This document shows, piece by piece, positions 34,228 through 47,500 of a stretch of DNA of 64,000 nucleotides. The stretch's first letter is position 1. Every line of letters begins with the position of its first letter. The position numbers were made by a program, and so were the translations under genes. The notes under the pieces are model-generated. The model was not told the DNA's origin, did not search any database, and saw nothing but the letters and a program-made list of their open reading frames with translations. Source of the DNA: Antedon mediterranea (Eukaryota > Animalia > Echinodermata); NCBI RefSeq assembly GCF_964355755.1, contig NC_092675.1, positions 18,572,912 through 18,636,911 of the forward strand, read 5' to 3'.

Positions 34228-36802
34228 ATGTATTGGGAAAATCTAGGCCTACTCACGATGGTAATAATGTTTACGAACTACTGTGCTGCAAGTGACTTCC
34301 AGTTGCCACCCGAACTAAACGACGGTGTACAGCTAAGCCCCGAAAAATCAGCACGAGTTATTGAGAGTATAAAAAAGCTGGGCGAATTGTATGACAAGGC
34401 TGACATTGGAAACAAAAACCAAAATATTGACTGTGGATTTTATTGTCCAACAGGTAGGCATCCATTATCAAATAACTAAACATGTGATTCATTTACCTGG
34501 CATGCATTAAATAGTTATATGTTTTTGTTAGGCCTATTTACATCCTATAGTAACCCATAATATCAAAGGACATATAACATGTAAGTTCTTTGATAATATT
34601 AATTAAAAACAATTAAAGATAAACTTGGATAATGGCACAGCTATTTTATATTACCAAAAATAAAAGTTAAAATTGTGCATACAAAAGTATATGAACCATT
34701 AATTGAGTGCAATAAATACAGTATATATGATGAATGAATTCCATTAATATTAGGTAAACAAATATGCAAGCAGTTATAAATTCATTTAGTAGATTTTATT
34801 GTTAAATCAAAACTTAAAATGGAACAAATAAATACATTTTTTCGAAATTATATTTCAGATCTTATAGCCGTTGAAAAACCAAAACATAAAGTCTATCCAG
34901 ATGGCTGTGGAAACCCAGAAAACAAGGTACTGTATTATTTCTGTAGTTACAGATACAGGTGTCATTTGGAATCTTTTGGAGAATAAAAACATAGGCTGCT
35001 TTAAGACATGAACAAGATCTCTTACAGTTGGATTGACCTAACTAAAGGGTCTTTCACACTTGTTCCGGTCCGGGGCCGGCAAATCCAATTGAACGTCAAT
35101 GTTTTGTTTTTACGTGGCTACGCGCATATCGATTGGCGCATAGCCGCGTAGAGCATCGTGAAAACGAAACATTGGCGTTCGATTTGCCGGACCGGAACCG
35201 TGTCGGAACAGGTGTGAAAGACCCTTTAGTGCCTAGAAGCAAGACTAATATACTGTATCTCAATGTCCAGATCCAAAACGGTTGATCCCGAAATTTGCAA
35301 TTGTTGCTTTGTGATCAACATACTACACTTCACTCCACTCATGGAAATTCCTTCCAGAACCTATCAAGACATGTTTTCTATAATATTTATAGGTCTATGA
35401 TATAAGTATTATGAACTTTTAGAAGTTTACAAAGATGTTCAGACGTCATGTGGTTGTAAAATAACCTAATCATCTGAACTCAGCGAAATGTGAAACTGAT
35501 TATTTTAAACTGTTGTATATATTTGTGTTACTTTTTCTGTATTTAAGTTTATTTCATTTTTACACTCTAGTGGGTCGGAGAGTCACTCGATAGTGTTTTA
35601 TTTCACTTTTTGACAATCCCGTCTACCCCCTAAAGTGCTCTGTACCCTGTGATTTTTATTATTTAAAAAAGACGAAATAAATGAAATGACATCAGATGCT
35701 ATCACCCCCTACCCTTTTTGCTTTTTTTGTTATCATTTTAATTTCATGTTTCATAAGCCATGTTTATTCAGCCTTGTGTAAACAATTCATTTGCATTTCG
35801 TAATTTGAAATACACAGAGAGTTATACAAGTTGCAATCTGTACATTCAATTTTGTTTATAATTGTTTTTCTTCAGCTTGATTTTCCAGTTGTACCTGAAA
35901 TTATAAAATGCTGTGATACACATGACATCTGTTATGGAACCTTTGGAAAAGTTAAACAAATATGCGATAAACATTTGCACACGTGCATGGAAACAGAATG
36001 TAGAACTGCTATGAAATCTCTTGGGTTTAAAGAATCACAAGAACAAGGTAATATACAGTAGTACAATAAAAAAAAATTTTTACCAAAAAATGTGTCCTTC
36101 CACAACGTTGTATTATATACTAGGCCTAAAAAAGAAATAAAATATGTTCAGTTAAAGAAAAACATTTTAGTATTTAAGAAATATGTACAGGTCAGCATAA
36201 TTAATAAAGATATTCAGAAAAATAAATTATTGACATTTTGCCCTTACATTTTGTGATGGTATTATAGTAGCCTACTATAGTAAAGGGTTTATGGATAGTT
36301 AATTCTACAGCCCTCCTTTCCTTGGCCCCCTCTATTTTGATATCCATGATCCATCACTGATCATTTATTTTGTGTCGGCAGCTGTGAGTCAGAAAGAAGG
36401 GGAGTGGGTTAATCATGCATTATTGTTTAACCAAATTCATTTTAAAAATCAAACTTGTTTATTTTTTCAGGATGCAAAATGATGAGTAAATTGTTATTCT
36501 CTTCTATGATGAGCTCTAGTTGTGATGACTATAAAAAGGCACAGCAAAAGGCTATACTATGTGAGACTGATGACGACGATGATGATGATGACGACGACGA
36601 TAATGATAACGATGATGATAACGATGAAGATGGAAAGGCAACAAGCAAAGAAATAGATGAGAAATCATTAGAATATAATAATGATAGAATATACGAATCC
36701 GACGATGATTTTGTAAGTGTAGAAGTAGAGGATTCCGATGTTCTTGATGATGAAGATGTAATCAATATAGAAGATGATTTAAAAATAAAAGATGAACTAT
36801 AA
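34228..36802 (+). CDS. Group XII secretory phospholipase A2-like protein with acidic tail and KDEL. Exons 34228-34453, 34859-34926, 35876-36047, 36471-36802
   Basis: Signal peptide, CGFYCP, Ca-loop PDGCG, CCDTHDICY (His-Asp), CDKHLHTCM..C, CKMMSKLLF..SCDDYKKAQQKA, a D/E-rich tract and KDEL*. Splice phases are compatible. The start could be at 34207 or 34228. Confidence 0.88.
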
Positions 36803-39800
36803 ATAAAGATGTAGGCCTATTGGTGCTACTATAGCTTGATATTCGTTTACGGGAGCCTGCACAACGTGTATCCCGCTACAAAGTGTAAACGTTGAATTTT
36901 AATAAAAACACAATTTATTTTGATAGAGATCAGAGTGGAGTTGTGGCTTGGTGGTTATGATGCTTGGCTACCAATCTAAGGGTCCTGGGTTTTTTCCTGT
37001 TATGTCTGAATTGTTTTCTAAACTTACAACTACAATCCCAAAGAATTCTATTATACTTTGTTAATGTAAAGCATCTGTGTATGTTGTCTTGTGAATTGGA
37101 TTGCCACCTCTTTAAGAAGGATAGTGAATGAATTCGCTTATGGTTATCCTTGCCAATTTGCCTAATAAACAAACTAATATCCCATTATCAACATGAATAA
37201 TTAGTATGAAAAATATTGTAATATCCGTATGAGTAATGCCTGACTAATAATAAAACGACAATAAAGCAATCTGGATACATTCTTAACATCATAATTGCGT
37301 CTAACATTATTACAGCCATCGTTATTACACTTTATATATTTAACCTTGATATTTATATGTTGTACTTTTTAGCTGATAGTACGGTACCATTATATAAACG
37401 CGTGTTTTATCTTCTCCTATGATTACGTACAGTTTATTTTTTCAGGAAGGGAAATAAATGTATAATATATGTTTTACAAAATGTGTTTCTTTTCATTATA
37501 TACTTTATTATTAATTTGCATCTATTTCTACGTCTTCCGATTCAGCTTTTTGTTTGTTCGGTAAGGCTACGTTCACACCCGGACGTTAATGCTTACGGTA
37601 CTAATCTGTACTGTACACAGGACCCTTGGTCTGAATGTAGTTTAAAACTGGAAAAGACTAATTTTTAATCATTTATTAGATTAATTTTGTCGTTTCGTAA
37701 AATACAATGGCGTACCGGTACACCTGTCTTAACACGTAGTACTGATATATTGCCCTCTATGATCAAGAATAATATAGAAATCAATTCTACAGATTCTATG
37801 AAATATAGATGCGGTAAACACACTACTCAATTTAATAGCAAGGTTTGTAGGCCTATATTATGCAAGTTGTAATATTCCCAGTGGAAAAAAAGAGGACAGA
37901 ATTGCGTGCATTACGGTTAGACCTACTGTAGGTGTTTATACAATCGTACTGTATTCGTTTAAGAAGCGTTTGACTGTGGCAAAGCTTTGTTCGATGAGCG
38001 ATCTACGGTTTTAACATCCGTGTTTTTCAAGTAGATTTCTGCCAGTAAATCAATGACTTAGTTCTTATCTTACTCTTTTCAACACACGAGTTTAGCTACT
38101 GTGGTTATTTTTTGTAATGTGTACGGGCTATGACCCACAACTAAAGAAGGAGTATACCTACAATCAGATAAGTAAGTAAGTTACACATTTTATTATTTTC
38201 ATTTACGAATTTCAAGATTCAAGAAACGTTATTGGTCCACTTTAAAATGGAAATTTGTTTTGCTTGGCATGATTATGACAACAAAGCAAAAATACATCTA
38301 ATTGCAAATGACAATGTTAAAAAAAAACTATTAAAAGCGCCAAGGCTCTGTTATACCTTAATGCAGTGTTATTTGAAACATATATAAAATCATTCGATTG
38401 TGCTGTGACATATAAACTATTAGGGTGATTAAAACGGTCAAGGGTTTTATTTAGCTGTTATCAACAAAACGATCTATTGAGAAAACGAAGTTTAAAACAG
38501 TACATAGGCCTATTATAGTTCCTATGAAAGAATCACTCAATTTTCATAGAGTTATCATATTACAACTGAACATTATATCGATGCTCTAAATAATTCCTCT
38601 TTCTATAAGTATTTGTTATAACTTTATTTTCATCTTGACTGTGTAATTTGGAGTAATTATAGAAAAGTACAGTGTTCCAATTACTATTTAAGAAAATATA
38701 ATGTACTGTATTGTTTTGATATGATATGAGCATGGATAAAGTATTATAAGTCTATGTCATAGGTGAAAAATGACTTTCAGAATATAATTCGTTATCTTGT
38801 TATTCTACATCAGTACATACGGTACCGTACAATTCAATCCGATTCGATTATCAATGTGTAACCTGTTCACTTAATTATGTTTTTATTTCTGTAAGTACAT
38901 TATATTCGATGTGAATTTCCCGAGGCACGTTCTGCCATTGTTTAACACACTTGGAAACTTGCTCTGTTGGCTACATTAAGACGTTTATTAGTTCATATTG
39001 TATATTGTGTCTGTAAAATATTTCTATTACTCTGGTGGTCAATTTTAACCAAACACTTTCCCAGTGTAACACAACATAATTGATATTTAGTACTAGCAAG
39101 ATGTAATAACAGTCTAAAGAATTAAAAAAATAATAATATTAATAATAGTCCAAACAAGATACGCTATCGTTAAAAAATTATTACATTTTTACATAATACG
39201 GTAGGTTATCAATCTTCATGAAAATATTTCATAAATCCAAGGTTATTTTACCTATAGTTTTCAATCATGTATTAATCTTAAATCTCAAATAACGGACCAG
39301 TTTGCGATCAATGTTTTTGAAGTTGCGTTTATAGGCCTACAATTCCTACATTTCAGGACTAATAGGGTGGAGTGGGACTGGTCACGTCACCCAACCCACT
39401 TCTCAGGGTACGCACACGATAGCTATTTAGTGTAAATACAGCAGCTTAGATAATTAATTAATTTTACAAATAGTCATATAAAATAATTAATTGCTTTATA
39501 AATTGATATATAATTTACATTCGTACTTGAATTATAAAAAACTGCACTTTCATTTATTATGAGATATGGTTCTGATGGAATAGAGATTGATTTTCTTTGT
39601 GTGAATAATTCATGATATTTTGGGTCAATAAAATATACAATTCTTATTTTATGGATTAATTTTTTTGGATCAAAATAAAAATATTGAATTTTAAAAGCTC
39701 TTAAAAATATAATGATAAGCAAATAATTCACCAAGTATAACGAGAGAAGAGTAAAATTACATAACAGTTTAGGCCCTCAGAATTTAACATTACAAGTTGG

Positions 39801-42800
39801 TAAATGATTGTTGATTTGAATGATTGATTGAATAACGAAAGGATGGACGAAATTGATGGATGTCTGGATAAATTAGATAAATTATTAGATGGAAAGAGAT
39901 TGAACGTTAGATGATGGAAAGACGAGTAAATGATACGTGTTACTGCTGCTTGGTGATGGGTAGTGTTTTTGCTTGTATTTACTGGTCCCTGTGAGTGGGT
40001 GGATAGGTGGGATGACATGATTGATAACCTGTATCTAAAATCGATGTAGCAATTTTCGTTGCGATTACCGCGTCATAAATTCATAAACTTCCAACTTATT
40101 ATTATGAAACATAATATTTGTTGTGCTACACGTGTCGAAAAGTCAGATCAACCCTAATTACCAAATGTGTAATGATAATGGATATAAAACGTGCACACAC
40201 TCGTCTTCATACATTAGTGGTATGGTTAATTACTATAGATTATAGGCAAATCACTATTACTAATAGTTAATAACGTATCAGACAGTTGGCTTCGAAAATG
40301 TATACGGTTCGGTATTATAGTAGGCTAGTGATAGTACGTTATTATCTTCTTCAGATGACGTTATTCTACACCCGCAAACAACTTAAAAGAAATACCTTCC
40401 TTTGTTTTGTCAGAAAGTATAACATTATTCGTTTATTCAATTAATTAATACACCGCTTCCATCTTCAAATACAATAAAAATCAAGCGCTTGATGGGTGTG
40501 GTTGGCCGCGAAGTAAAACATAGACGCGCCCTTGTACAATACAGATTTGGATTCGATCGCGCAATTCAACACTACGCTAAGAAATGTTTACAAAAGAAAT
40601 ACACATCATGCGAAATGAAACATTGAAATAGAAAGTACACTTTTACTTTAGATGAGTTTAAATCTTTTGCCATGGTCCAAACCTACTAACAATCTTTGAA
40701 ATTGAAGAAAATACACTATGTGATGCGAAATGAAACATTCAAATAGACAGTATACTTTTACTTTAGATGAGTTATCAGTAATCCACCATTAGGCGGGGTT
40801 CTCCATGGTCCAAACCATTTTTTTCTAATGGGTTTGGAAGATACTTCCCCAAATCTTCGAATCTCCGTGACTGAATATCTCATCAAATTATTATTGTTAT
40901 GTACATAGCCATACCATGGCATAACGATACGGTATTATGGTATTGTATTACCAGGGATCTCATTCGTTCCCGGTATTACCATTTACAGAATGAATGTATC
41001 GAATCATCACACACATAATGATTCTTCTTTTTTGAAAAATCGTTAATTCGTGAAAGTATAGTATTAGCTGCATTGACAATCAATAACATCTTATAACATT
41101 GTACATAAAAGAAGTTTGAATAAAAAAAACGATGATGCCGCAGGGTTGTGTTCATATAGCATTTTGTATGCGGAAAGTGAGGTTTTAGTTTTGTATTTCG
41201 ATTTAAAAATACCCAGGCTAAACAGAAAATAAATTAACAGAAAATATTCACATATTTTATAAGAAGAATACATTAAAACATTAAATCACAAAACCCAACT
41301 TTAGAGCTTAAGACTCTTTTCTTATGACGTCATGTTAATTTATTGTGCGCATGCGTTTAGTTTGTTTTGGCAATTTTTGTCAAGTTGTTGCTCATCGTCG
41401 GACCCAATTTCGTCGCTTCTAGTATTAAAAAAAAAATCGATTTTAGTAGACGACGAAGACTTGAACCAATGAATTCCTAGTTCTTTACAAATCAACTTTC
41501 AACTGAAGGGTAAAACCTGCAGGCCTAAGTTTAATTATGGTTATTCTAAGGTTTCAATAACAATAGCATGTCTTCTGATAATTACATGTTTGTTGCACTA
41601 ATTAGTGACGTGATTGTTGCTATTGAATTAATATTTGAAGATGCATAATTAATTTGGAAATAATTCGTAATAATATTATACCCTTGAGTTTCAATTAATG
41701 TTGTATGTTTTCAAGACACCTAAAGTAGAAACAACTTATCCAGTCCTCAACTGTCTCTACATAGATTAACATGTATAAAGTACATTAAGTATCGTTTATG
41801 CTCATTTTATATTCTCATTCATAATCATAATCCACTGAGTGTCATTGATTCTTTAACACACCTCTGTATCTTTTCGAAACATTCAATAGGATGTGATTGA
41901 ACTATAATTATGTTTCATGGACAATATTCTCAAATATAAAAATAGTTTACACTTGTGGAATCATTGTGTAAGCGTGTGTTTTCCGGTTGCTTCGATTACA
42001 TCATTTTGATACAAACGCCTCTCGGGATGTAAATCTTCTTTTTGGCATGTACAGGGCTATCCCTTGTTTTTCTGTATTTTGCTAGCTTTGTATGGTATAG
42101 AAATAAATCAAATCATCAACCGTCGGAAAAGGAATTTAATTGAAAACAGATTATCACAGTAAACCAAAAATCCATGCTCTGTACGAAATTATTTAACAAG
42201 TATAGGACCTTGTTAGATTTAAATGAAGTACTATACAGTACAAAAGACAGACAGATCACTTGAAACCAAAGGGCTCTTCAGAATCACAATTATCTTGCCG
42301 ATTTAGTGGTTCTTGAATAACGCCCGAAACATATGTTATCTTGCAGTTTCGAATCATACTTTATACATAGCTTAATTCAATAGTTGGTAGCCTTTTACTT
42401 GTTTTATCTTACGGGAGTACACTCTATCATACGACAACAACTCAAGCTTAGGCTTAAGAAATTTCTAATTTCTGAATTTGATAATTATATACAAATTACT
42501 ATTTTTGTCGATCAATATTATCTAATTTGTTATTTTACAATCTTAATATTTTCGAAAACAAATTCAATAGACACACTTTTATTTTATTTATTATTAAGAA
42601 GCGTGAAATTAGAAGTCAGCCGTTAGCTTCCTCGGTGTAGACTTCTCCATTATTAATAACAAATTTATCAGAAAAGCAACTGAGAGAATGAATCAATAAA
42701 ATGAGAATATTAATCATTATCCTTTACAGTATCAGAATTGTTTTAAATGATATTAGGTTTAGATGCTATTCAAATGTTCTATATATTCTATTGTTTTGTA

Positions 42801-42866
42801 CTTATTATGGTGTCGTTACATAATTATACATAATATTAATTTGAGTTACTACTAATAGTCAAATTT

Positions 42867-43253
42867 GGTACTTGATGATTGTGTATTCTTGTTCTCAAGT
42901 TGAAGAGAATTCGGTACTTAATGGTTAGGTATTCTTGCCTTCCAGTGGAAGAGAATTCGGTACTTAATGGTTAGATATTCTTGCCTTCCAGTGTAAGAGA
43001 ACTTGGTACTTGATGATTAGGTATTCTTGTTCTCAAGTTGAAGAGAATTCGGTACTTTTAATGGTTAGGTATTCTTGCCTTCCAGTGGAAGAGAACTTGG
43101 TACTTGATGATTAGGTATTCTTGTTCTCAAGTTGAAGAGAATTCGGTACTTAATGGTTAGGTATTCTTGCCTTCCAGTGGAAGAGAACTTGGTACTTGAT
43201 GAGGTATTTTTGTTCTACAGTGGAAGAGAACTTAACTTGGTACTTGATGATTG
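42867..43253. repeat. 46-bp minisatellite with two alternating variants, ~8.5 units
   Basis: GGTACTTGATGATTAGGTATTCTTGTTCTCAAGTTGAAGAGAATTC / GGTACTTAATGGTTAGGTATTCTTGCCTTCCAGTGGAAGAGAACTT. Confidence 0.95.
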
Positions 43254-44349
43254 AGTATGAGCAACTAAATTACATGTTAATAATGGTATTTTTTTTACAG
43301 CTGTACGTCGATCTGTATTATTAGGAAGATATTCATATTGTTGAAGCGCATTTACTTGTATGTGTGTGTATAACATTGCTTGTTTACGACTTCATTGCAT
43401 TTAGAAGTTAAAGAAGTCCACCACGACACCTTTAGTTAATGACATCAGGGAATTATGATCAAACGCACGTCATATACAACACTTCTTCATTGTTGCAAAT
43501 TAGACCACCTTGGTTGAAACACATATTTAGAAAATGCTTTAACTACTGATAAAGATTAATATAAAGACGTTTTCCACAATCCTGTTTTACCTTGATACAC
43601 CGTGCTGCATGCAGAATAGGCCTATTTTGATAACATCAGTAATAAAAAAAATAAGACATGATTACCATTATCATACGCCGGCCTACTTATTTTTGAACAA
43701 GTATAGACAATACCTCGCCCACAAGACGAGATAAACTGCAGGTTTAGACACCGAGAGAAAAGAAAAACATTTAACCAATCCCAATGTTATATATCTACAC
43801 GACTAAATTTTAAAAGTTGTTAGTTCGATGCATAAAAGGAGTACTGTAATTGAAAGTTTGTAGTTCGATTAGGCCAAAATGATATAGACTTTGAGGTAAG
43901 TTTACGGCTCGTCATTTAAAAAGTTTTAGCTCTAAATGCGATTAAAGTCCTTAATACAGCCCTACTAATACGAAACGCTTTATTTTGTATATTGCATCAT
44001 GAATTATTCTTAAACAATAAATAAATGACTACTGATGTTAAATGCTTATAGCATTTTATTTATGACGAGTTTTTAGACATTAAAAGGTCACCATAAATGT
44101 TATCGTATGCAGTATATGTCATTATACATTTTTTTTTTCATTTTCAAAGTCAATGCATTCGCCGGTTTCAGTCTCTGTTATTAGCAAGGAAGAGACACAT
44201 TTTGATATTGTATACACAAATTTGTATATACACACCGTTCCGTATTATCGGGACTGTATTGTCGATTTAACGCTCGGTCTGACAAAAATAGATGGCTGTA
44301 TTAAAGGTATCTATACTCATGGTCTTTAAGCTAAACTAGAAACTGAAGA

Positions 44350-44598
44350 AATCGGATCGGATTTGGCCTACCACAGACCCACGGCAGCCAGCAGTGAAGC
44401 TAACCGGCGGTCGATATCTAGTCTTTGTGAATAGTCTACCAAGTTCTTTAACTTGCATTATGTACACGGGATCAACGGCTTTACATCCCATCCAAAGGAC
44501 AAAGTGATGAGAGTAAAGCCTATTGCCTATAGCATACAGCTAGTATGGCACAGATAGACTCGAACCCATGCCTATCGCATGTTAGTGCAATATTATCA
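44350..44598 (-). mobile_element. Old tRNA-derived SINE with Deu-like domain
   Basis: Minus strand shows a B box GGGTTCGAGTC and TTGGATGGGATGTAAAGCCGTTGATCCCGTGT..GTTAAAGAAC. Confidence 0.6.
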
Positions 44599-47500
44599 TT
44601 ACACCATTCTCCGTCTAGCCTCCATTTCTTGTTAGATGCTCTCATAAAAAGTATTGTTATAAAACATTATACAGTATATACATGAAACATTTCTAGTGTT
44701 TATAAATTAAAATACTATACTCTATTAGGTTACAATGATGTCATAACATTTATCTTTTGTAATATTAAATATTCATCGGTATAAATGCCATTAATAATGG
44801 CCAAACTATAATTTTTCTATTAATATTAAGCTGTAATTATGAATATCACATAGATTTAATTTGCTACATCAAGCACAAAATGGCTCTCATAAGCGATTTC
44901 ATTAATCTTTACGCTAATACACTGTCAAAGCGTCCATGCAAATCAGATTGATAAAGTATAAACAAATATTTTCCTCATACTTAAAAATGATCATTGGTAT
45001 TTGTTACCGTGACGTTCCATAATCGGAATATTCCATTTAACACGAATCACATTTTTGCTACTCGGAGACTGCGGCAATTAACAAACTCATAGAATAATAA
45101 ATAAAGACGTATACAACATAAGTTCTGGCTTAAATAGTTTAATTAGTAAATGAACATTCACCCATGTAAAACTGCACATAAAAGTCATAAGCAAATATAA
45201 GTTATATAGCAATAATTTCCAATTCTAAGTAAGCACAACAGGGATGCTCAGAGAAAAATAGCCCTATTGCCATAAGTGTCATAATATTGGGCGGGAGGGA
45301 GGGAAAATTGTCTTCAACTTAATGTGATCGTGTTAACAGAGAGGATGCTTGATCAAAGAGGTCGAAAACCCGCCCTCTCCGATCTCAAAATAGAATTGTG
45401 TTTCCAACCCCATTCTTGATTTTGTTGATTACGGATATATCTACGTCACAATAACCTTGTTGTGGACCAATTATAAACAATCTCGTTTTATGTTTAGTTA
45501 AATATTACGATACCACCTTGGATAGGAAGTACAGTATCTCCCGGATTTATTCTATAGGACCGGACGGTAGGTGTGTTCAGTATTCTAAAGGTTTTAAAGC
45601 TTTTTTTCTCCTTAACTTGCACTAACTATGCAATAGGCCTCAATGACCATAATTGCTTGGATGTACTATGGTACTTAGAGTAGTACATAAGCCTATGGTA
45701 TTCCTTGCCGATAAACAGCAGCAAGCAACATATCTAATACACGAAATGGACGTTGGAATGATGATAGTGAAAATATTAATCAAACTGTTGATATGTTCAT
45801 TTTTTTTACCGTCTACAAGGACATAATTTAATCCGTCTATATTAAAACTTAAATTAAAGCCTACCTTTATCTTTCTAATTGATTGCTGTGGTGTAATTCT
45901 ATAAAGAAATGGGTTTATGTTATGGTCGTACGTAGATCTAACGCAGAAAACAACCGAAAAAAAACAATAATTATAATGGCAATGTATTGATTTGTCGGTG
46001 TCAATTTAATTCGAATATTTCTACATGTAATGAAATATAAGAGGCGCAATTTTGTAATAGTAAAATTAGGTGTAGTTTTCGTTTTTGCATGTAATACATA
46101 TATAATATATAGGCTATATTTTACTAAGACTGTTGTTTGAAAATCAAATTTAAGTGGGCGTGGTGAGGTCAAGTTGATAAGCATCTACTTTTGTGAACCC
46201 ACTTTGCGTCGTTGAAAATACTCATAACCTACATTATGTTAAATTTACTAAGTTTAATTTTAATGTGCTACGGTACTGTGCTATTATAAAGCGATCTCAT
46301 AGGACCTATTGATGAAAATAACGCTTGAAAAATTAAGTTCGATTAATATCAGTAAATAACTATCAATCAACCTGCTTCTCTGAATACAGTCAATATCAAA
46401 TTTCAAATTTATATCGTAATTGAGCAATTAAAGTTTGTGTATATTTTGCTGTATACTATTTCTCGTTTGTATGATCAGAATTATTGAATTATTATTCATT
46501 TATTTAGTCAATCACGCTTTCCTTAAATTTACCACCAACAGACCAAAGGTCGAATCATGATCGATAACGACTGGCGGTCAATCAACCTTGTGATCACAAA
46601 ATAGGCATTAAAAATATATCAATAGGCCTACTTGTTATAATGTAATTCATGTCATAATTATTATCAAGCACTGGGTGTAAGCCAAGTGTTACATAGAGGA
46701 GCTATATAATAGGCAGACATTAACATGTGATCATTCCAATAATTATAGATATAAACAAATAATAAAACAATTAAACTATAACCTCGTTCCCGGAAGTTCA
46801 AATTCCTTTATGGAATAGAAATGCGCACTGAATACATAGGATAAACAGTTATTTTGTATAATATACAAACAGATAAAAATATTGCAAAAAGCTGAATTGT
46901 TTTGTATCACTCACTAATGTAACATTAACCACGTAACAAATATTTAACCAACTAACGAACAAAAAAATGTTAAGGAATCTTAAACTTTTAAAACTGTTTG
47001 TTTTGAAAGTTGAAAATTAAGGACTTGCAGTTCTTTCATGTTTGTCTGTTTATCCACCAACTCTCTATTTTAACTGGTGGTTAATTTAAGTCAATAAAAC
47101 CATTAACTAAAATATTTCCAGGGAAAAGTGAGTCTTTCAATGTTTTAAATAGGGTCGTATCAGCTTCAAATGTAAATTTCAATCTTAAAACTTCAGTCTA
47201 TATTTTCCTAATTTGAATCATCTATTAAGTCTATAACCGTAAAATATTATACATAACACATTGTTTTCCGCATAAAAAGTTTGAAATAATAACCTTTTTC
47301 ATGAAAGCCATTCCATTTCTATGCTAATATCTGTCTGTTCAACAATACTCTAAATTCCAAAGGTTTCAATTACATGGTTTCGTCATTGCTGGCATAAAAG
47401 TTTATAGGCTTTGTTTTCTAAGAAAAAAACAGTCTGAAGACAACAATGACGAAATTCAACTTTATGTCTAACGTAATGTCTTTCGATAAAGAAAGAATTG

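Larger units (their letters stand above)
25961..36430. repeat. Direct tandem duplication, units 25961-31187 and 31188-36428
   Basis: Identical ORFs offset by 5227/5241 bp. The differences seen are an 8-bp indel, a 6-bp indel and one T/C substitution. The junction has AA microhomology. Confidence 0.97.

Noticed and set aside
36529-36765. Ser-rich minus-strand ORF
   Set aside because: Antisense reading of the Asp-rich (GAT/GAC) PLA2 tail
40608-40815. ~50-bp direct repeat pair (similar small duplications at 761-965 and 62651-62698)
   Set aside because: Ordinary local duplications without further structure
42867-43253. Possible CRISPR array
   Set aside because: Contiguous tandem units with no unique spacers
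47433-47460. CTGAAGA..CGAAA second hammerhead candidate
   Set aside because: No convincing stem II or stem I pairing
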